From: an uncultured Chloroflexia bacterium
GTDB lineage: Bacteria > Chloroflexota > Limnocylindria > Limnocylindrales > CSP1-4
Assembly (NCBI GenBank): GCA_963746845.1
Contig: CAVVCZ010000004.1
Span: 864,001 to 928,000 of the forward strand
Direction: 5' to 3'
DNA length: 64,000 nucleotides
Shown here piece by piece: positions 58,035-64,000 of the stretch (the first letter of the stretch is position 1; each line of letters starts with the position of its first letter). The notes under the pieces were generated by a model. The model did no database searches. It was given only the letters and a program-made list of their open reading frames with translations, and was not told the origin of the DNA. A program made the position numbers and the translations under genes.

Positions 58035-59621
58035 TCACGGCGCGCGTCCGGGCCCGAGGAGCGACCGTCCGGTCATCCCGTCCCAGCGCGGCAGGCCCGA
58101 GAGCTCGCAGAGCGTCGGCGCGACGTCGGCCAGGACCCCGTCGCGCAGGGTCCGTCCGTCCACCGACCGGCCCGCCAGCAGGAGCGGAACGACGTTGAGC
58201 GAGTGGGCCGTCACGGGATTCCCGTCGGCGTCCCGCATCTGGTCCGCGTTGCCATGGTCGGCGGTGATCGCGAGGAGCGAGCCGGGGGAGCCGGGGGAGC
58301 CGGGCCGCGCCGCGTCGTGGGCCGCGAGCGCCTCGACGATCCGGCCCAGGCACCGGTCGACGGTTTCCGCCGCGGCGACGGCGGCCGGCCAGACGCCCGT
58401 GTGGCCGACCATGTCGGGGTTCGCGAAGTTCGCGACGATCAGGTCGTAGGCGTCGCCCTCGACCGCCGCGATCAGGGCGTCCGCGACGCCCGCTGCGCTC
58501 ATCTCCGGCTGGAGGTCGTAGGTCGCGACCTTCGGGCTCGGCACGAGGCGACGGTCCTCGCCGGGAAAAGGCGCCTCCCGACCGCCGTTGAAGAAGTACG
58601 TGACGTGGGCGTACTTCTCCGTCTCGGCGACGTGGAACTGGCGCCAGCCGGCCTCCGCGGCCGCGTGGGCGAGCGACCACGACTCCTCGGGCGGGAAGGC
58701 GACCTCGACCGGCAGGCCGGCCTCGTACTCGGTCATCGTCACGACCAGGAGGTCGTGCGGCCGCGGTCCGGCCGAGGACCGGTCGAATCCGGCGAACGCG
58801 TCGCCGTCCGCGAGGGCGTGGGTCAGCTGGCGGGCGCGATCGGCCCGGAAGTTGGCATGCACGACCGGGTCGCGGTCACGAAGGCGGCCGTCGACGCCGT
58901 CGATCACGGTCGGCGCGACGAACTCGTCGTTCTCGCCGCGGGCGTAGGCGGCCTCGATGGCCGCGGTCGCGGATGACGCCCGCTCCCCCACCCCGTGAGC
59001 GATCGCGTCGTAGCCGCGCGCGATCCGTTCCCAGCGCTGATCGCGGTCCATCGCGAAGTAGCGTCCGCCGACGGTCGCGATCCGCGCGTCCGGATGCGCC
59101 TCGGCCAGCCGCACCTCCAGGTCCGCCATGAACCCGAGCGCGGACCGCGGTGGCGTGTCCCGGCCATCGAGCAGCGCATGGACACGGACGTGGGGGGCGC
59201 CGCGCCGCGCGGCGAGCTCGGCCAGGGCGACGAGATGGCGGTCGTTCGCGTGGACCCCACCCGGTCCGATGAGGCTGACGACGTGGAGCCGCCCGCCGTC
59301 GTGCGCCGCGCGGTCGCACGCGCCGAGCAGGGCCGGCCGGGTGAAGAACGACCCGTCGGCGATGGCAGCGTCGATCCGCGGCAGGTCCTGGAGCACGGGT
59401 CGGCCGGCACCGAGGTTCAGGTGGCCGACCTCGGAGTTGCCCATCTGGCCGGCCGGCAACCCGACGGCGTCCTCCGATGCACGAAGCACGCTGTGCGGCC
59501 AGCGCGCGAGAAGCCCGCGCCAGACCGGCATCGAGGCGGCAGCGATCGCGTCGTCGGCGGGGTTCGGACCGATCCCGAATCCGTCGATGACGACGAGGAC
59601 GATCGGTCGAGGGCGACTCAC
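58035..59621 (-). CDS. gpmI: 2,3-bisphosphoglycerate-independent phosphoglycerate mutase
   Basis: IDGFG, QMGNSEVGH, DGRD, AETEKYAHVT, DMVGHTG, ADHGN. Confidence 0.96.
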   Translation of the reverse strand: MSRPRPIVLVVIDGFGIGPNPADDAIAAASMPVWRGLLARWPHSVLRASEDAVGLPAGQMGNSEVGHLNLGAGRPVLQDLPRIDAAIADGSFFTRPALLGACDRAAHDGGRLHVVSLIGPGGVHANDRHLVALAELAARRGAPHVRVHALLDGRDTPPRSALGFMADLEVRLAEAHPDARIATVGGRYFAMDRDQRWERIARGYDAIAHGVGERASSATAAIEAAYARGENDEFVAPTVIDGVDGRLRDRDPVVHANFRADRARQLTHALADGDAFAGFDRSSAGPRPHDLLVVTMTEYEAGLPVEVAFPPEESWSLAHAAAEAGWRQFHVAETEKYAHVTYFFNGGREAPFPGEDRRLVPSPKVATYDLQPEMSAAGVADALIAAVEGDAYDLIVANFANPDMVGHTGVWPAAVAAAETVDRCLGRIVEALAAHDAARPGSPGSPGSLLAITADHGNADQMRDADGNPVTAHSLNVVPLLLAGRSVDGRTLRDGVLADVAPTLCELSGLPRWDGMTGRSLLGPGRAP

Positions 59622-60424
59622 GCCGTCGCGGCCAGGCGGGCGGCCGCGGTGACGCCGGCGCGGCCGACGATCCCCGCCATCTCGTCGGGCTTCAGGGACG
59701 CCCCGCCGACGAGGGCCCCGTCGATCGACGGCTCGGCGAGGAACTCGCCGATGTTCGCGGCGGTCACGCTGCCGCCGTACAGGACCGGCACGTCTCCGCC
59801 GGTCCCGAGCCCCGGCACCTCGGACAGCACCCGGCGGATCGCGTCGTTCATCGCCGCGGCGTCGCGCCCGCTCGCGTTGCGCCCGGTCCCGATCGCCCAG
59901 ACCGGCTCGTACGCGATCACGAGCCCGCCATCGGACAGCGCGTCGCCGGCGTTCGGGAGCAGGGCCCCGCGGAGCTGCTCGGCGACGACCGCCGCGGCGG
60001 CATCCGCGCCGGCCTCTCGGATCGCGAGCGTCTCGCCGACGCACAGGATCGGCCGGAGGCCCGACAACAGCGCCCGTCCGAGCTTGGCCGCGATCAGGGC
60101 GTCGGTCTCACCGGCGTCGCGGCGGCGCTCGCTGTGGCCGAGGATCACCCACGTCGCGAGGCCGGCCAGCATCGCCGCGCTGATCTCGCCCGTATAGGCT
60201 CCGGCCAGCTCGTGGTGGACGTTCTGCGCCCCGATCGCGACGTCCTCATCCGCCAGCGCGTCGCGCACCGCGGCCAGGCAGACGAACGGCGGACAGATGA
60301 CCCGCATCACCCCGTCGACCCGCGTCCGGCGCGCGATCTCGCGGGCGAGCTCGCCGGCGTCGGCCGGCGTGGTGTTCATCTTCCAGTTGGCGGCGATGAC
60401 GACGGGACGCATGGCCCGGATCAT
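59618..60424 (-). CDS. tpiA: Triosephosphate isomerase
   Basis: ANWKMN, GHSERR, AYEPVWAIGTG, YGGSV, LVGGASL. Confidence 0.97.
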   Translation of the reverse strand: MIRAMRPVVIAANWKMNTTPADAGELAREIARRTRVDGVMRVICPPFVCLAAVRDALADEDVAIGAQNVHHELAGAYTGEISAAMLAGLATWVILGHSERRRDAGETDALIAAKLGRALLSGLRPILCVGETLAIREAGADAAAAVVAEQLRGALLPNAGDALSDGGLVIAYEPVWAIGTGRNASGRDAAAMNDAIRRVLSEVPGLGTGGDVPVLYGGSVTAANIGEFLAEPSIDGALVGGASLKPDEMAGIVGRAGVTAAARLAATA

Positions 60425-61248
60425 GCCAGAGGCGAGGGCCCCTCCGGCGGCGACGCGGCCAGCCGCTCGATTCGCTCCAGCGCCCGCTGCACCGCGGACC
60501 GATGGATCTGGAGCCGCTCCGCCAGCTCGCCGAGCGTCGCCTCTGGGGTCTCGCGCCGCGCCTCGGCCACGCTCCGGACGACGTACGGCTGCTCGGACAG
60601 CTCGCCGCTCGCGGTCAGCTCCTCGATCGCCGCGACCTGGCGGCCGGCGGCCCCGACGGCCCGCTGGAGGTTGGCCGACTCCGCGTTCAGGACCCGGTTC
60701 AGGTCGCCACGGAGTGCCCGCGACACCTGCCGTGCCTCGAGCTCGAGGAGGGCCGCCGTCGCGCCGATCCGGCGCAGGAACAGCCCGACCGTGTCGCCGC
60801 TCTTCCAGGTCACGACGCCGCGCCCACGGCGGATCCGCCACGACGCCGGCAGCTCGATACCGGACAGGCGCTGTGCGAGGATCGGGGCGTCGCCGGCGTC
60901 GACGACGAACTCCAGGTGGGTCCGGCCGCCAGACAGGCTAAGCGACCCCCGGGCGAGGAACAGCCCCCGAAGCCAGGCGAGCCGGCAGTGCTCGGGCGAG
61001 GCATCCCAGTCGAAGACGGCGCCGCCGGCCGCCAGGTCCGGCGCGACCGAGGACGACACGTCGCGCGCCAGCCGGACGAGCAGCCGCGCGACCGGCGCGT
61101 CGCGGGCGCCCCCTCGGCCCCGAGAGCCCGGGTCGGCCGTGGCGGCCAGCCCCAGCGCCTCCGCGCGCCGGTCGCACGGCCGTGCCGGATCGATGGCGGC
61201 GAGCTCGGCGCGCAGCGCGAGGACGAGATCGCGGTCGGATCCGCTCAT
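60421..61248 (-). CDS. whiA: DNA-binding protein WhiA
   Basis: LRGLFLARGS...HLEF, NRVLNAESANL.R, R...PEATL.EL HTH. Confidence 0.92.
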   Translation of the reverse strand: MSGSDRDLVLALRAELAAIDPARPCDRRAEALGLAATADPGSRGRGGARDAPVARLLVRLARDVSSSVAPDLAAGGAVFDWDASPEHCRLAWLRGLFLARGSLSLSGGRTHLEFVVDAGDAPILAQRLSGIELPASWRIRRGRGVVTWKSGDTVGLFLRRIGATAALLELEARQVSRALRGDLNRVLNAESANLQRAVGAAGRQVAAIEELTASGELSEQPYVVRSVAEARRETPEATLGELAERLQIHRSAVQRALERIERLAASPPEGPSPLA

Positions 61249-61270
61249 CGACGACGGGCGGCGAGGCCGG

Positions 61271-62602
61271 TCAAGCGGTCCGGGCCACCGTGGCGCGGCG
61301 TCGGGCGCTCCCCTCGCGCTCGAGGATCCGGATCACGGCTGCCGCGACCTTCCGGGAGTCGTGCCGCTGAGCGGCCGTCGTGTCCACGACGTCGTCGAGC
61401 ACCAGCGTCGGCGGCGTCACGACGTCGGGCGGCCAGCGCAGCCCGACCGGCTCGGACGGCGGCCGGAGACCGGCCGGCAGGAGCCGGTTGTTCGCGAGCA
61501 CGACGTCGACGATCTCGGGCCCGGTGTGCGCGTACAGGGCGCTCACGTGGTCGGCGAGGTCCATGCCGGTCGTCTCGCCGACCTGTGTCGCGACGTTGCA
61601 GACGAACACGCGGAGCGCGGAGGTTGTGACGATCGCGTCCTGGATCTGGGGCAGGAGAAGGCTCGGCAGGAGGCTCGTGTAGAGGCTGCCCGGCCCGATG
61701 ACGATCAGCTCCGCGTCGGCGATCGCGGCCAGGGCGTCCTCACTTGCCGGGATGTCATCCGGGGTGATCCACGCCTGGTCGATCCCGACGGACTTCGTCA
61801 CGACGGACTGGCCGTCGCGGACGGTCCCATCGTGGAGCCGGGCGTGCATCGTCAACGGGACCGCCGCCGCCGGCAGCACCTGGCCGCGGATCGCCAGGAC
61901 CCGGTTGGCGAGACGGACGGCCTCCTCGAAGTCGCCGTCCTGGACCTGGGTCATCGCGGCGAGGAGGATGTTGCCGAGCGGGTGGCCGCCCAGCGGGCCG
62001 CCGGCCTCGGGGCCTTCGTCGGTCGGGGAACCGGTGAACCGATGCTCGAGCACCTCGCCGACGAGCGTCTCGTCGTCGGCCAGGGCCGCGAGGCATCGGC
62101 GAATGTCGCCGACGGGCGGGATCGACAGCTCCTCGCGCAGCACCCCGGACGATCCACCGTCGTCGGCCACCGCCACGATCGCGGTCAGGTTGCTCGTGTG
62201 CTCCTTCAGACCGCGCAGGAGGGTCGACTGGCCCGTCCCGCCGCCCAGCACCACGATCCGCGGCCCGCGGGCGAGCGACCTCTTCTGGTAGATCAGCTCG
62301 ACGAGCCGGCCGCTCTCGGACGGCCTGAACGGGTCGGTCAACGCCCGGAGCGTGCGGTAGGCGCCGTAGCCGATGAGCGCGACCCCGACGAGCAGCACGA
62401 CGAGACCACGCAGCGGGTACGGCAGGAACTGGAGGGTGGCGACATCGAGGATCGTCCCCGCGATGCCCCCGGGCTCGAGGTCCTGCGTGACCTGGCGGAT
62501 GACGTGGGCAACACCGAGCGCCAGCACGAAGCACCCGACGAACGTCAGGAGCAGCCAGCGCTTGACGCCGATGCCGGGGGTCAGCCAGCGGCGCAGGTTC
62601 AT
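61271..62602 (-). CDS. yvcK: YvcK/GlmR (UDP-GlcNAc-binding) protein with N-terminal TMs
   Basis: GGGTG, VADDGGSSG.LR, GDIR, GHPLGN, GPGSLYTS. Confidence 0.92.
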   Translation of the reverse strand: MNLRRWLTPGIGVKRWLLLTFVGCFVLALGVAHVIRQVTQDLEPGGIAGTILDVATLQFLPYPLRGLVVLLVGVALIGYGAYRTLRALTDPFRPSESGRLVELIYQKRSLARGPRIVVLGGGTGQSTLLRGLKEHTSNLTAIVAVADDGGSSGVLREELSIPPVGDIRRCLAALADDETLVGEVLEHRFTGSPTDEGPEAGGPLGGHPLGNILLAAMTQVQDGDFEEAVRLANRVLAIRGQVLPAAAVPLTMHARLHDGTVRDGQSVVTKSVGIDQAWITPDDIPASEDALAAIADAELIVIGPGSLYTSLLPSLLLPQIQDAIVTTSALRVFVCNVATQVGETTGMDLADHVSALYAHTGPEIVDVVLANNRLLPAGLRPPSEPVGLRWPPDVVTPPTLVLDDVVDTTAAQRHDSRKVAAAVIRILEREGSARRRATVARTA

Positions 62603-63507
62603 GCGCGATCCAGCTCGCGATGGAACACGGAGACCGGTCCGAAGTCCTGCTCGCGGAGCCAGTCCGCCAGCTCCTCGGCGAGGGCGATGGAGCGGTGGTA
62701 GCCGCCCGTGCAGCCGAGGGCGATCGTCAGGCGGGTCTTGCCCTCACCGACGTACGCGGGCAGGGCGAAGCCGAGGAAGTCGTGGAGGTAGCGCAGGAAC
62801 TCCCGGGCGACCGGCTGCGCGAGGACGAACGAGCGGACCGCATCCGTCAGGCCGGACAGCTGGCGGAGCTCCGGGATGTAGTACGGGTTCTGCATGAAGC
62901 GCACGTCGAACACCAGGTCGGCCTCGAGCGGGACGCCGTACTTGAACCCGAAGCTGATCAGCTGGATCGCGAGGCGGTCCGGGTCCGCGGTCTCGCCGAG
63001 CCGGTTGAAGATCCGCTCCCGGAGCTCGCGCAGCGACAGGTCGCTCGTGTCGATGACGACGTCCGCCTCGCTTCGGACGGGATCGAGGAGGCGGCGCTCC
63101 GCGGCGATCGAGCTGGCGATGCCCCGCTGGTCGGACAGCGGGTGGCGGTGACGGGTCTCGGAGAAGCGGCGGATCAGGACCTCGTCACGCGCCTCGAGGA
63201 AGAACACCTGTGGCCGGATGCTCCGCCCCTCGAGGGCGCCCCGCATCGCCCCGAACGCCATCGGCGCGTCGCCCGAGCGCACGTCGAGGACGATCGCGAC
63301 CTTGTCGAACCGGTCCGGCTCGTCGGACACGAGCTCGGCCAGCTCGATGAGCAGCTCGCCGGGCAGGTTGTCGACGACGGTGTAGCCGAGGTCCTCGAAC
63401 AGCTTCGCCGCGGCCGTCTTGCCGCCACCGGACAGCCCGCTGAGGATCACGACGTGCTGGCCGCCCGTCACCCTCGGGGTCTCATGGTCGGCGTCGACGT
63501 CGGTCAT
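62599..63507 (-). CDS. rapZ: RNase adapter RapZ/YvcJ
   Basis: GLSGGGKT, VDNLP, DVRS, RRFSETR..HP, SFGFKYG, GCTGG.HRS. Confidence 0.95.
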   Translation of the reverse strand: MTDVDADHETPRVTGGQHVVILSGLSGGGKTAAAKLFEDLGYTVVDNLPGELLIELAELVSDEPDRFDKVAIVLDVRSGDAPMAFGAMRGALEGRSIRPQVFFLEARDEVLIRRFSETRHRHPLSDQRGIASSIAAERRLLDPVRSEADVVIDTSDLSLRELRERIFNRLGETADPDRLAIQLISFGFKYGVPLEADLVFDVRFMQNPYYIPELRQLSGLTDAVRSFVLAQPVAREFLRYLHDFLGFALPAYVGEGKTRLTIALGCTGGYHRSIALAEELADWLREQDFGPVSVFHRELDRA

Positions 63508-64000
63508 CGGCCGCTGCGCCGGATCGCCACGACCGTCAGCTCGAACAGGATGTACATCGTGATGCCGAGGACCGTCGGGCTGACGAGGTCGCCGCCCGGC
63601 GTCGCCACCGCGGCGAAGATCGCGATCCCGAGGATGATCATCCGGCGCGAGGCCTGGAGCCGGGCCGACGTCACGATCCCCACCCGCGACAGGGCGTACA
63701 GGACGATCGGGAACTCCATCAGCAGCCCGAAGACGAGGAACATCGTCGTGACGAAGTCGAAGTAGGGCGGCGCCGCAAGCGTCGCCACGAGGGTCTCGTC
63801 CGTGAACGCCAGCAGGAACTGGATGGCGAACGGCAGGATGACCCACGCGACCCCGACACCGAGCGCGAAGAAGAACAGGGCGAGCGGGATCCACGGCCGG
63901 AGGGTCCGCTTCTCGGAGGGTGTGAGACCGGGCGCGACGAACGCCCAGAGCTGGTAGAGCAGCACCGGCATCGCGAGGATGATTCCGGTCGCGATCGCGA
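63504..64000 (-). CDS. tatC: Twin-arginine translocase TatC (3' part; runs off window end)
   Basis: P..LYQLWAFVAPGL...EKR, EFP, AAVATP..D. Confidence 0.92.
   Translation of the reverse strand, partial: AIATGIILAMPVLLYQLWAFVAPGLTPSEKRTLRPWIPLALFFFALGVGVAWVILPFAIQFLLAFTDETLVATLAAPPYFDFVTTMFLVFGLLMEFPIVLYALSRVGIVTSARLQASRRMIILGIAIFAAVATPGGDLVSPTVLGITMYILFELTVVAIRRSGR

Overview
High-GC bacterial chromosomal segment, most likely Chloroflexota (inferred from gene order and protein character, not from a search). Almost all genes are on the minus strand. The core backbone, in window order, is rnc-acpP-nusB-asp23-plsX-rpmF-yceD-sepIVA-like-coaD-rsmD-recG-fakA-asp23, rpmB, dtd-rpe-rlmN-fmt-def, priA-gmk-rluD-lspA-ileS, an LCP protein, ilvE, rpsR-ssb-rpsF, htpX-lemA, secG-gpmI-tpiA-whiA-yvcK-rapZ-tatC, plus 8 tRNA genes. 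Accessory blocks interrupt it. (i) 15.1-19.8 kb, between priA and def: a membrane-anchored SARP/BTAD + beta-propeller + ABC solute-binding fusion (one frameshift) faces three 11-bp-phased SARP boxes and two exported target genes. (ii) 30.0-33.4 kb: unrelated small genes, each separated by a recurring 28-bp motif with 11-6-11 layout, followed by a 32-bp pure A/T inverted repeat and palindromes at a 62-bp period. (iii) 39.7-47.6 kb: a P1B-5 ATPase-hemerythrin, an ABC exporter, and an integrase-less islet in tRNA-Leu(TAA) with three paralogous small unknown proteins, two of which share an identical structured leader. Frameshifts cluster in the accessory blocks and may partly be sequencing errors. 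No CRISPR array, integrase or transposase was found.
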